Below, piece by piece: positions 1 to 11,816 of a stretch of 64,000 nt of DNA. The DNA is taken from the NCBI GenBank assembly GCA_030141605.1, contig JAQGDQ010000918.1, positions 16,596-80,595 of the forward strand, read 5' to 3'. The stretch comes from Tubiluchus corallicola. Lineage: Eukaryota; Animalia; Priapulida. The position numbers and the translations under genes were made by a program. The notes beneath the pieces were generated by a model. The model was not told the origin of the DNA. It did not search any database and was given only the letters and a program-made list of their open reading frames with translations. The first letter of the stretch is position 1, and each line of letters opens with the position of its first letter.

Positions 1-39
1 AATTTATGTACTTGACAGCTTAGGTTTCGCTTGGTGTTA

Positions 40-272
40 CTTTTGTTATAATTCTTCACTAGATTAAAGCTATTTATGAATTCTGTTGCCCCAGCTGTGG
101 CAATTCCTACATTGGTCATACTAAGAGAAACCCCCCACGTGCCTGTGTAGTTAACACTTCGTTACGTGTGAATAAATTATACAGTGCCATGTTTTGACAT
201 TTTTAAATAAAGAGATGCTGCATGAATTTTTTTACTAGAGGTTTACATCTGTCCTGTTCGACGTCAAAGAAT
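40..272 (+). mobile_element. Decayed Penelope-like retroelement fragment (GIY-YIG endonuclease)
   Basis: From about 67 it translates KAIYEFCCPSCGNSYIGHTKRN, matching the IY-x-F-x-C-x2-C-x3-YIG-x-T-x-R pattern of Penelope GIY-YIG endonucleases. Frameshifts and stops follow, and the hAT MITE at 281 interrupts it. Confidence 0.55.
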
Positions 273-280
273 ATTACTAG

Positions 281-692
281 TAGGGGTGAGCATTCTCTAC
301 CAGAAAGCGAATTCGAATCGAACCGAATTTGTGACTTTCGAATTCGAATCGAACCGAAGTTCAGTGTTTCGAATTCGAACCGAATTCGAATTGAGATTGA
401 AAGATTTTCGAACAAGTAAAACCATTTTCGAACCACCAGTAAAAATTAGTCTTACAAAGATCATGCATATCACTAGATTTTGTTCTGCAATAAAACTAGT
501 AATTTCTTTAAAATTGTGTGCAGAAATCACAGCCAAATTATACCAATTGCTTGATGTTTCAATCGTTTTGGTGATAAAGAACCTATGTGATTGAAGTGCT
601 GAATTATTCGAATCTATAGTTTTGGATTCGAATCGAGTTCGAACTAAAAAAACTCGTTCGAATCGAACTCGAACGTTGGATGCTCACCCCTA
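281..692. mobile_element. Non-autonomous hAT-type MITE (family A)
   Basis: TIRs TAGGGGTGAGCAT...ATGCTCACCCCTA, perfect 8-bp TSD ATTACTAG (273-280 and 693-700), many subterminal TTCGAA repeats. Confidence 0.85.
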
Positions 693-968
693 ATTACTAG
701 AGGTTAAACATTAGATAAATTTTACTGAATTTGTTTTTGATACTTCTGTTTGCTCTCCTGTTGTAACAAACTTTTACTTGATGATACTAGTAGGGAGGCT
801 ATTGGTAGGCCTATGAATTCTACTAAAATGATATGTTGTCTTCTTTATGCGTCATCGTAAACAAAATTTATGCCAAGATTTGTTGTACCATCAGAATTTA
901 AATACCACTAACAGCTAGAGTTCCTACATTTTATGTTTTCCATTGTGGTAGATGCTCTAAATGGACCT

Positions 969-1415
969 TGTGAAAGTTATGTTTGAAGTTGTAGATCACT
1001 AACTTTATAGAACAAGAATAAAACCCTATACTACATATTTGCACAAAACTGAAAGTGTTTATTAAACTACATACACACAAGTAGAATGACTGCTACACTG
1101 AACACTGAGAACAAGAGTGTCCTGCACTGATCACTGAGAGTTAGACAGAGAGTAACATGAGTAGCACGACTGCTGCACTGCACTGACAGTGTGAGTTAGA
1201 CAGTGACTAGAAAGTGAATCCAGTTAGTATATATAGGTATAGGTGATTATGCAAACTTGGCTTCACAAAAACCATTACTGTAAAATAGGGAGAGATCCAG
1301 TGAATATGCATTCACTGGACCGTACAATTATACTGGGGTGAGTTTAGCTAGTAAAATGTAAAAGGATTAGTTCATAGATGGCAGCACCTAAAAATATACA
1401 ATTACAATTTCCACA
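969..1415 (-). mobile_element. Solo LTR
   Basis: TG...CA termini (TGTGAAAGTT / AATTTCCACA) with a 5-bp TSD GACCT (964-968 and 1416-1420). On the minus strand a TATA-like run (about 1228-1235) precedes AATAAA (about 1058-1063). Confidence 0.7.
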
Positions 1416-1590
1416 GACCTGTCAACAAAGGTGACTATATGGTCAAATTTACAGACTGTCAGTTTAAACAGTATTTTATTAGCAAGCAAATCTGCAACAT
1501 GCATACATCTGAACAGAGGAAGCAATAGAAAGTTAAAGGGATTGGCTAACAGGTTTAGATGAACCTAAATTAAAGCCTCTCCAACATTTA

Positions 1591-3232
1591 TGCAGACTGT
1601 TCACTGTATTGTCATTACAACAACGTCAAAATTTTTTTCATAATTATTATAATATGATGACAAACAAACATGCAGACTGTTGATTATATTGTCACTACAA
1701 CAACGTGAAAATGTTTTTCATAATTATTAAAATATGTTGACTAACAAACACGCAGACTGCTGATTGTATTGTCACTACAACAACATCAAAATGTTTTTCA
1801 TAATTATTATAATATGATGACTAACAAACACGCAGACTGCTGATTGTATTGTCACTACAACAACGTCAAAATGTTTTTCATAATTATTATAATATGATGA
1901 CTAACAAACACGCAGACTGCTGATTGTATTGTCGCTACAACAACGTCAAAATGTTTTTCATAATTATTATAATATGATGACTAACAAACACGCAGACTGC
2001 TGATTGTATTGTCACTACAACAACATCAAAATGTTTTTCATAATTATTATAATATGATGACTAACAAACACGCAGACTGCTGATTGTATTGTCACTACAA
2101 CAACATCAAATTTTTTTTCATAATTATTGTAATATGATGACTAACAAACATGCAGACTGTTGATTATATTGTCACTACAACAACGTGAAAATGTTTTTCA
2201 TAATTATTATAATATGATGACTAACAAACACGCAGACTGCTGATTGTATTGTCGCTACAACAACGTCAAAATTTTTTTCATAATTATTATAATATGATGA
2301 CAAACAAACACGCAGACTGCTGATTGTATTGTCGCTACAACAACATCAAAATATTTTTCATAATTATTATAATATGATGACTAACAAACACGCAGACTGC
2401 TGATTGTATTGTCACTACAACAACATCAAATTTTTTTTCATAATTATTATAATATGATGACTAACAAACATGCAGACTGTTGATTATATTGTCACTACAA
2501 CAACGTCAAAATGTTTTTCATAATTATTATAATATGATGACTAACAAACATGCAGACTGTTGATTATATTGTCACTACAACAACGTGAAAATGTTTTTCA
2601 TAATTATTATAATATGATGACTAACAAACACGCAGACTGCTGATTGTATTGTCACTACAACAACATTAATTTTTTTTTCATAATTATTATAATATGATGA
2701 CTAACAAACATGCAGACTGTTGATTATATTGTCACTACAACAACGTGAAAATGTTTTCCATAATTATTATAATATGATGACTAACAAACACGCAGACTGC
2801 TGATTGTATTGTCGCTACAACAACGTCAAAAATTTTTTCATAATTATTATAATATGATGACTAACAAACACGCAGACTGCTGATTGTATTGTCGCTACAA
2901 CAACATCAAAATGTTTTTCATAATTATTATAATATGATGACTAACAAACACGCAGACTGCTGATTGTATTGTCACTACAACAACATCAAATTTTTTTTCA
3001 TAATTATTATAATATGATGACTAACAAACATGCAGACTGTTGATTATATTGTCACTACAACAACGTGAAAATGTTTTTCATAATTATTATAATATGATGA
3101 CTAACAACGCAGACTACTGATTGTATTGTCTCTACAACAACGTGAAAATGTTTTTCATAATTATTATAATATGATGACTAACAAACATGCAGACTGCTGA
3201 TTGTATTGTCACTGCAACAACATCCAAATGTT
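1591..3232. repeat. 80-bp minisatellite, about 20 copies
   Basis: Unit CTAACAAACACGCAGACTGCTGATTGTATTGTCACTACAACAACATCAAAATGTTTTTCATAATTATTATAATATGATGA recurs every 80 nt (e.g. 1741, 1821, 1901). Confidence 0.95.
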
Positions 3233-3447
3233 AGCAATAGCAATAATTATAATTATTTATTTTACTGCAATCTTCAATCCCCACACGAAATCCACTAAAA
3301 ACTAAGCCAAAATAATTAAGTGATATAAAATATAAAATTAAAGTATACACTAAAAGCTAACTAAAAAGTATTGAAATGGTACAGACATTAAAATTTACAT
3401 AAGTATGTATGCATATTGCATAATGGTCTGATATACATGATATAAAT

Positions 3448-3449
<2 letters not shown>

Positions 3450-3502
<53 letters not shown>

Positions 3503-3583
3503 GGGGGGAAAGAGGAGAAAGAGAGAGAGAAAGAAAGAGGAGAGAGTGAGAGTGTGTGTGGCAGAAAGAAAGAGAGAGTGAGT

Positions 3584-3617
<34 letters not shown>

Positions 3618-3618
3618 T
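3450..3618. repeat. (TA)n-(GA)n compound microsatellite
   Basis: Direct reading. Confidence 0.95.
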
Positions 3619-4085
3619 TAAATCATTCAGTTAACTCAGATCTTGTTAAATTGTTTTTTTAGTGTGTTGACACTGATCGTTGAAAATAACAGTTTAAAAA
3701 CAATGCTTCTAATTATTTTGTAAAACGTAGAATCCATAATAAATGACAATATTTTATTTCTCAATTATTACAGGAAAATAAATAATAACACACATTTGGC
3801 CTATATTGGCCTAACACAGACACACCCCAAACCAAACAATTTATTTGTTAATTGTCACACGAAAGTAAAAAATAAAAAAACCCAACACATTTGGCCCAAT
3901 AGCCAGGCCTATTACACTCACATACTAAACTAAACCATTTATTTGTTTGTTTGCTTTGTTTGCTTGCTTGTTTCACATGTTCGTTTGTTTGTTTTTGCTT
4001 GCTTACTTGGTTGGTTGGTTGACTGGTTGATTGGCTGGCTATCCTGCTGGCCTGGTGATGATAACGCTATATTTAAGGTATACAA

Positions 4086-4246
4086 GTGTTAAAGGTAGTT
4101 AAGTTATTGGTCTGCAATGGTACAGGATAGTGAATCAGTTTCCTTCATAACTTCCCCATGCATTGTCCCACTGTTAACATCTGCCCAAGAGAACATGTGG
4201 CCACCAATAGTATAACAGTACTCATATAATCTACTGGTGTCCCCAG
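4086..4246 (-). repeat. Tandem duplicate of the last ~46 codons and stop codon of the pentraxin terminal exon
   Basis: 4086-4241 is a near-identical copy of 4249-4404 (offset 163 nt). The copy still reads GDTSRLYEYCYTIGGHMFSWADVNSGTMHGEVMKETDSLSCTIADQ*. Confidence 0.9.
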
Positions 4247-4266
4247 CTGTGTTAAAGGTAGTTAAA

Positions 4267-4699
4267 TTATTGGTCTGCAATGGTACAGTTTAGTGAATCA
4301 GTTTCCTTCATAACTTCCCCATGCATTGTCCCACTGTTAACATCTGCCCAAGAGAACACGTTGCCACCAATAGTATAACAGTACTCATATAATCTACTGA
4401 TGTCTTCAGGTGTCATCATGTAGTCATAGAAGTTCACACCAGTCAGTGAGCCCACATACGATTCGTCTTCATCAAAGTCTTGATCGGGGAAGGTATCCGG
4501 ATCTTGTCCTATTATAACGATTCCGTCTGCCTGAAGGACGTATCCTTCTGCCAGGAAATCTAAATCGCCAGCAGTCTCAGTACCATCTATGTACACGTGA
4601 AAGGAACCATTGGTGCTGGACCACGTTATGCAAATCTGGTGCCAAGAGCCATCGTAGAACGGCATGTCCCCGTCATCAAAATAAAAAGTGCTATAGTTA
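4267..4699 (-). CDS. Pentraxin gene terminal exon
   Basis: Acceptor TTTAATTTCAG at 4700-4710; phase 2; reads NYSTFYFDDGDMPFYDGSWHQICITWSS...CTIADQ*. Confidence 0.85.
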
Positions 4700-5986
4700 C
4701 TGAAATTAAAAATTACGGAGACCTTCGTAATAAGCCTAAAATTAATTTTAATAAAACATTGTTTGACTTCTCACGATTGATTTGTGACGGAACAACTAAA
4801 GCCGAAATGTGCTAAAAATGTCTGCATAGAAGGCAATTAAAAATCATTGAATTTGAAAAGGAAATGGTCATAAAAATGGTTAAGATTTAGTGTAGAGTCA
4901 TACAAACAATACCAGATGATATACATTAATTTAGATTCTACAATGGAGTTTCGTAACTTCGAATTTCAAATTGTTTTCTCAATTTGCTAATATTGTCAGA
5001 GGAAAATGCGGCGTTTCATAAGTGACTCACTAATTTCATCTCCAAATATATTTCTGTATTGTCTCTTACCTACTCACTTGTACCATCAGTTTGTCCGACT
5101 CTTCCCCATAAAGTTTCACATAGATGGAATTCGGGTCGTCTACTGTACCATAAGAAAATGGCGTCAGCTGATAATAGCCGCTTGAATAGCTGGGTGGTTT
5201 TATCCACATGCAAACTGTGAATTCGGTGATTTGCGAAACGGCAGATGTTGATTTGATGAAGTAGTTTGTGGTACTCTGATTGGGGAAATAAAGTTCAAAA
5301 CATCCATCTGTAAGGTAATAAAAACAACTAAATAGAATTATAGATCATGCTAATTATGACAGCACTGTGCATTTCCAAATAGACTCGAGTGTCTAGACAA
5401 AGTTTAAAGTACAAGAAAACAAACTTCATAGATAAAGCTTAAAAATTCGTCTTTATATTTCACATCTTACATGCTGTCTTATTGTATACAGGACTTGCGC
5501 TAGCAGTAACGCTGTATAAAACTTTGTAAATTTAAACTTCCGCAATATTAGCTAGGTGCTACCATCTTGACGGTACGAATCAGGATGGCACGAATACTTT
5601 AAATTATTCAGAACTTTCTTTTCCAATTACATAAGTATTTCAAAGGGTAGCCCTAATTGTAAATGCTAAGTAGAAAGATTTTTGGGATATGCTTTGAAAT
5701 TTGCTTTTCTCCCCCTTTAGCTCTGACCACAATGACCACACAGAGCCTGGTCGCAGAGAGGCCTTGAAGAAGAAACTTCGGTCTTGTCTGAAAAAATCAT
5801 GCACTCAAGAGTGGTGAAGTGGTTAACCTCGTTGATTTACAGCGATTTATTTGCCACAGCATGGTGGGAGAAAGTGACGAAATGATGCAAAGTCCACAGT
5901 ACATAAATGTTTGCTCGGAATCCTGACGCTGTTGACTCTTTTAGCTCCACGTCAGTTTGCAAAGCCCTGGTTGCCTAAGTATCCTG

Positions 5987-6085
<99 letters not shown>

Positions 6086-6489
6086 ACGTGTGTGTGTGTG
6101 TGTGTGTGTGTGCGCACGCGTGCGCGTGCGTGTGCGTGTGCGTGTGCGTGTGCGTGTGCGTGTGCGCGTGTGTGTGTATGTGCTTGATCCATGAACAAAA
6201 TTATCTTTCATTGGCAGATATTATGGCTGTTTGTCAAGCTGTATGGTACGCACTTTACATAGTTAGCATATTTTCTGTACTTTTTAAATTTTAGTTTTTA
6301 TAATTATAACCCTTTTCTAACAATAACATACCTTCAGCATGATCGGAGTTTTCCTTGTTCAGGTCGAGAATTCTCTGGAAAAAACATGTCATTCATTGTC
6401 AGTCATTAATGATTGCTGAGTGCATTTGTGTACAGGGCATTGTCTTGTCCATTGAAAAGTACCGATATATATAATACATAGGCCTAATA

Positions 6490-6530
<41 letters not shown>

Positions 6531-6568
6531 ATGTGTGTGTGTGTGCATGTGCATGTGTGCATGTGTGT

Positions 6569-6606
<38 letters not shown>

Positions 6607-7065
6607 ATGTGTGCGCGTGTGCGTGTGTGTGCGTGTGTGCGTATGTGTCATGAAACACTAAAATTAAAATGTCCACAATTAGTAAACAATTATGCATCCT
6701 GATAATTGATGTAATGTGAAGCCCTGGCATAGAATCAACTGAGTTTAATAAGCTGTAGTCGAGAGCCGATCCCTGTGTTATTTTGACCTTTAAACAACTG
6801 TTTCTTGAAACATCAAAATTGAAACAAATCCACAATTAGTAGACAAATACGCCTACCTGATAATTGATGTAGTGTGAAGTGCCTGGTTCACCATCAGCTG
6901 TATTCAACAAGCAATAATCGAAAGCTGTACTTGTTTGACAGTAATCTTGCTGTTCAGTAGTCCATACATTGATGCTGTTACATTGAGGATCAACTTGTCT
7001 AGTACAATTCATGGCACACTCTATCCTATGGACAATCGTGGAATGAAATTTTAGTGTACATGTTT
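4267..7065 (-). CDS. PAN/apple-like + pentraxin (LamG-like) domain protein; exons 7065-6857, 6374-6332, 5307-5070, 4699-4267; 5' end unresolved
   Basis: GT-AG introns in phases 0, 1, 2 give one open frame: ...HRIECAMNCTRQVDPQCNSINV... RILDLNKENSDHAED GCFELYFPNQSTTNY...EFTVCMWIK...PFSY...DGSWHQICITWSSTNG...YIDG...IIGQDPD...GSLTGVNFYD...GNVFSW. These are typical pentraxin-domain motifs. Confidence 0.8.
5070..5307 (-). CDS. Pentraxin gene exon (N-terminal half of the pentraxin domain)
   Basis: Acceptor CCTTACAG, donor GTAAGA; reads GCFELYFPNQSTTNYFIKSTSAVSQITEFTVCMWIKPPS...KLMVQVS. Confidence 0.85.
5408..5720. mobile_element. Diverged partial copy of Kolobok-like family K1
   Basis: Starts TTAA|AGTACAAGAAAA and aligns by eye with 36273 onward. 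Confidence 0.5.
5989..6180. repeat. (TG)n/(TGCG)n microsatellite
   Basis: Direct reading. Confidence 0.95.
6332..6374 (-). CDS. Pentraxin gene 43-nt linker micro-exon
   Basis: Acceptor TTTTTTCCAG, donor GTATGT; reads RILDLNKENSDHAE and converts phase 0 to phase 1 exactly as the flanking exons require. Confidence 0.75.
6492..6648. repeat. (TG)n microsatellite
   Basis: Direct reading. Confidence 0.95.
6857..7065 (-). CDS. Pentraxin gene exon encoding a PAN/apple-like module (acceptor position tentative)
   Basis: ETCTLKFHSTIVHRIECAMNCTRQVDPQCNSINVW...DYCQTS...SHYINYQ followed by donor GTAGGC. The C-x3-C...C-x-S-x-N...C spacing is PAN-like. Confidence 0.6.
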
Positions 7066-7631
7066 CTGTATGTGCGTGGTGTTGGCACAACCAGCAGAGA
7101 CCGTGATAATGGCAATGGTACAACAAAAACGATGAGCAATTGCAAGAAAACAACAGCAACAGCAACAATAATTACAAAAACAACACCAACAGCAACAGCG
7201 AGTGCAACCGGAACCGCAACTGCAGCTAACAGCAACAGTAACGGCGGCAGCCATAGCCACGACCACGACCACAGCAACAGCAGCAGCAGCACTACAAGCA
7301 GAAGCCGAAACATCAGTTGCAGCTATGCCAACACTAGCACCAACAACAAGAACTAGTATCATTAATCTCATCTGTCATATCCCATATCGCCTGCCCTCAA
7401 CTAATTTTCGCCATTTTTTTCTTGCAAGTTTTACTTCCTGTTTCACCACCCATATATAAAGTTATATCGTATTTCTTAATGATTTTTAATACTGTGACTG
7501 TCTTCACGTGAGAGGCTTTTATTTAGGTATTATAGACCTGTTAGCCAGTCACCTAGTAACGTTATAAAGCTTTCAGCTGGTCACATTGTTTAAATTTTCT
7601 GTGTTTCAATGTGTGGCTATAATTCTCTTAA

Positions 7632-8018
7632 CCATACGTTTGTGAATTACGCTATAGCCGTACGTTTGTGAATTACGTTATAGCCATACGTTTGTGAATT
7701 ATGTTATAGCCATACGTTTGTGAATTATGTTATAGCCATACGTTTATGAATTATGTTATAGCCATACGTTTGTGAATTATGTTATAGCCATACGTTTGTG
7801 AATTATGTTATAGCCATACGTTTATGAATTATGTTATAGCCGTACGTTTGTGAATTACGTTATAGCCATACGTTTGTGAATTATGTTATAGCCATACGTT
7901 TGTGAATTATGTTATAGCTATACGTTTGTGAATTATGTTATAGCCATACGTTTATGAATTATGTTATAGCCATACGTTTTGTGAATTATGTTACAGCCAT
8001 ACATTTGTGAATTATGTT
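7632..8018. repeat. 26-bp minisatellite, about 15 copies
   Basis: Unit CCATACGTTTGTGAATTATGTTATAG (7632, 7658, ...). Confidence 0.95.
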
Positions 8019-9150
8019 AATTATTATTACAATCCACATCATCATTCCCATCGTAATTACTCCTCTATCTCCCACCTGGCATCTTCTTCTTCTTCTTCGA
8101 CTTTTCCTTTGATACCTAGTCATTTGTTTATTATTTCCTTTATTTGTGCTCATATTTTGTTGCCTATTATTTTGGTGTTCCCTGTTATTTTTGCTGGTAT
8201 TGATGTCATTTTTCTGTACAATATGCCTTATGCTGCTTATGACTGTTTCTGCTGTGAAAAATTGTAAGAGGAACTTGCTGATAGACAGATTTTCAAAAAC
8301 GTGGGACACCACCTTGGATAATCTGAACAAAAGTCACAATACCGTTCTTTCAGAAAGTTTGTGCCATGGCGCCACCTATCGCAGACGCGAGCATTTAATT
8401 TACAGTTTATTATTAATTTTAATTTGTAGTTTCAAATTTTGATTTTTCATTACCACTAAGTCAGTGGTGACATCTGTTAGTTTCAAATTTTGATTTTTCA
8501 TTACCACTAAGTCAATGGTGACATCTGTTAGCACACTTTGAAGTTTTCAGTATATCTATTTTATTAAGTACTTGCTACTGTAATATGTTTGTATGTAACT
8601 GGGTTACTTGGCTTCTCTGTGAGTAATTGTTTACACTTTGGTTGTAAGATTAGAAGGCAAGCAATGGGCTTAAACACTTGTGTGGTCAAAACAACATTCA
8701 GACTCAGATGCCAGGATATTTTGGCTGGTGTATTTACTTGAACTTTTCTTTACTACTGTTGATTATTTTGATTTCATCTGTTTAACATGAACATCGCAAC
8801 TTCAAAAACAGTCTTATATGCCAATGTCGGTTGTTATCTCTCTCCAAAACACCCCAGCGACAACTTTAGCGTCACGACACCACCACCTGTGCAGTGTACA
8901 ACCCTCTATACCAGCGCCACTCACCTGCTTTGCACGGCAAAACTCGGTGTGAATCCTGCTTTGATCTTGACGTCGTTGCCGTACTTGATGAACGTAGATG
9001 CAAAATTTGCTTCCAACGAAACAAAGGGAAGAAGTGCAAACGCTGCAAAGCATTTGGCTGTACAGATTACACGCATTCTCGTCTGCAAATATTGAGTTCT
9101 ATAGTTAAAATGTATCTAATCATGATTGTTTTATAAGAGTAAAGGAAAGC

Positions 9151-9529
9151 TGTGTTAAATAATGATTTTGATTAAATTGGTAATTAAATTATTAGATGCT
9201 TGACGATGCAAGATTAAACTATCGTCTTGGCTAGAAGCCTAGTTAGGTGTGGCATCACGTGACCAGCCGATCTTCAACCGGCTGACTCAGAAGTAGAGAT
9301 TGATGATGTAATCTTTATGCGCAGAAGCTCACGGCGCATTAGTTAGTTAGACAAAAGTGTTTTGTGGCCCGCACGTCGGGGAGATGAGTAACTTACTTGA
9401 AGACGGAGGGCTGGCATTACTATCCTCTAATATTTACCGTGTGTGGTTGTTGTTTAATAAATATGTAGTTTATTAAATAAAGTCTTGATAGTTTGCCGTG
9501 CCCATCGTGGCTATCTCACACGCCACACA
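9151..9529 (+). mobile_element. Putative solo LTR, related to 26624-26911
   Basis: TG...CA ends and AATAAA near the 3' end. Shares GGCAT(T/C)ACTATC...AATAAA(T/C)(A/G)TGTAGTTT with the reverse complement of 26645-26710. No clean TSD. Confidence 0.35.
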
Positions 9530-9895
9530 ATGAACTGTAATCAGCAAGCAGCTTTAACCACAAGAATAAATAAATATTAACCAAATTATTTTACTATAAG
9601 CTCTTATTCTGACTTCAGTCAATATAAATAATTATAATAATATTTACTTCTTTTTTGTTTTAAAATATGAAGTTTTTACATCTGAAGTATCTATATGTTC
9701 TATATGTGTACATGCATTAAAAATTTTGTGTGTTCCAAAGTTTTCGCAAATTGTGAAATTGTTGATGAAGATCACGAATACCTGGCGTCATATTTGGGCA
9801 GGTTTGGTGCATGGTCAGGCAGGTTTACGACAGTTTGGAGAGATATTGGCGAGCTTTGCAATTCTCGCGACTACCTCTTTTCTTTTGTCCTTTAA

Positions 9896-10340
9896 CCCTT
9901 TTAGTCCCAAATTATTTTTTTAATGAGAAAATTTTTTTGGCTTGGTACTTTTCTTCAGTATGTCCATCTTGTTTACACATAATAATTATTTTTTTCTACC
10001 TGTGCCCGCGTGCTAAATATAGCCTGTATCCCACGGGATACATTGGGATTCAATGCTTGCTAAACATGATAAAAAGCAAATGCTGATAAGTTTTTAAAGT
10101 ATTTAAGACATTTAGTATGTGTGCTATGCTGATCAGTACAAAGTCGTCTCTAAAGTACTGTACCTTACACAGATGTAAGGTTTTTTAGTTTGCCATTCTA
10201 TCACTATTTTTAGTCTATTGTTATTGGCTTAAATCAAAATAACTATTAGCAGATCAAATAACTCTCAGTTTTAAAATTTTATTAATTTTAAAGGCAGAGA
10301 AAATTCTCGTATCCCATGGGATACAACGGGTATGAAAGGG
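9896..10340. mobile_element. piggyBac-like MITE (family P1)
   Basis: TTAA|CCCTTT...AAAGGG|TTAA; internal palindromes GTATCCCA(C/T)GGGATAC; second copy at 62101-62559. Confidence 0.85.
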
Positions 10341-10582
10341 TTAAAGGGAATTCCAGATACCGAAATCTAGAGGATTAAGTCTCTTTTTTTCGCAACAAGT
10401 CTTTGCCAATGCTTTATGTTCTGTGGTGAAGAACATGGCGTAAACTGTTTGATGTCTTTATCGTTTTGCTGTATTGAGTGCTTTATACATGAAGGTGGCG
10501 CTTTTTTCAGTTGATCATCATAGTTGACATTGTTCCACCATTTAATGTTTTCATACGTAAAAGTTTTCTAGTCATAATTTAA

Positions 10583-11543
10583 CCCTTAGCTGCCCAGTTT
10601 ATTTAGACTATTAGAGATTGTCAATTATTGTTTTTTCTAAATATTACATCACAACAGTGACGACGCTTAACGTTAGGAAAATAATACAGAACCCATAACA
10701 CGTGCTTTAGGAAGGACAGTCACAAAATGGTGTCAGAAGTGGGATTAAAATTGGGGTTAAAATTACCCCAGCTATGTTTGCTCAGGTTTTTTATTTTGGT
10801 TCACACAACCAAAACTTTTCAAACTAGTAATGATCAAATGTTCTTTAATTTCTTATGCAGCCATACTTTGGTTTTGTTGAAAGCTGTTATTCATGCTTTT
10901 TTACACAGCACGAGTGTCAGATACTACCTGATGTGGGGTAACTTATTACCCCCCTTGGTCTTTTATGTAGGAAAATTTTTTAGAATTTACGTTGCAGTAT
11001 TTTTCTTTCTGGCTTCACCACGTGTGTTTACTTTTACTGAGAAATGCTGCAAACTTCCAATTCTGCCTACAGTTCTGCAAAGAGATTTTTCTACCAATCA
11101 GTTGAGGAAATTTCATACTAAAGTTTGTAGACATTCTTCATTTAGTAATATGGCGGAAACTTTAGCTGTACGAGTGACTAAGCTTGAAGCTGATGAAGAT
11201 GAAATTTGAGAAGATCAGCAAGTGAAAACGAAGTGGATGTCTTAGAACTAAATAGTGAATATCGTTAGGCTATTATAAAAAATGCACAACACTTGAAAAA
11301 CCAAGCATAAACAATATAGCTAAACAATATAGTGCGAAGGTGGAAAGCCACTTTTTATCCTTGGTGCCCTCATATATCTATGCCACTTGCCACAGAATTT
11401 GGTTTTGTACAAATAGGAGCACATTTTATACCATTTGGTCTTTCTGTCCAGTTAGTAACACATATTAAGCGAAACTTTCATGCGGTATTTTTTAACGTGC
11501 TTGATCTTCATTGTAATATAAAAATTCCTTGGTCGGCTAAGGG
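10583..11543 (+). mobile_element. piggyBac-like deletion derivative
   Basis: TTAA|CCCTTAGC...GCTAAGGG|TTAA; subterminal GGGG-x-TACCCC palindromes. An acidic remnant MAETLAVRVTKLEADEDEI at about 11150 resembles a transposase N-terminus (inference). Confidence 0.7.
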
Positions 11544-11816
11544 TTAAAAGCCACTTTCACAGCCAAAAGTTAATGTACTGTAATTTTGTTCTTTGAAATT
11601 TCAATATTCTAGGGCAATTGATTCTAATACTATTGTGGTCTAAACCATGGCACCTTTTTTCTGCGCCATCCGGTACATTTGGCGCCTGCATTGACAATTT
11701 TGCACATCGATATTGTTAGCCTATTATCAACAGAATAAAGATTTTACATTGAATAGGTGAAATTGGTCATTTTGCCTAGAATAGGAACGATTAACAAAAG
11801 CTCTACAAAACTCCAC

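Noticed and set aside
5076-5078. Alternative donor CAA|GTGAGT for the pentraxin exon
   Set aside because: Phase 0 would frameshift the terminal exon; the donor at 5069 (phase 2) keeps the frame.
5911-6702. Cys-Val and His-Thr repeat ORFs
   Set aside because: Translations of (TG)n microsatellites.
7051-7371. Signal-peptide-bearing first exon of the pentraxin gene
   Set aside because: The hydrophobic start is suggestive, but the frame runs into low-complexity (GTT/GCT)n sequence and stops. I found no convincing phase-1 donor, so it is left out of the model.
10727-11209. 160-aa ORF as an intact transposase or gene
   Set aside because: No recognisable domain; lies inside a piggyBac-like deletion derivative, and only the last ~20 codons look like a transposase start.
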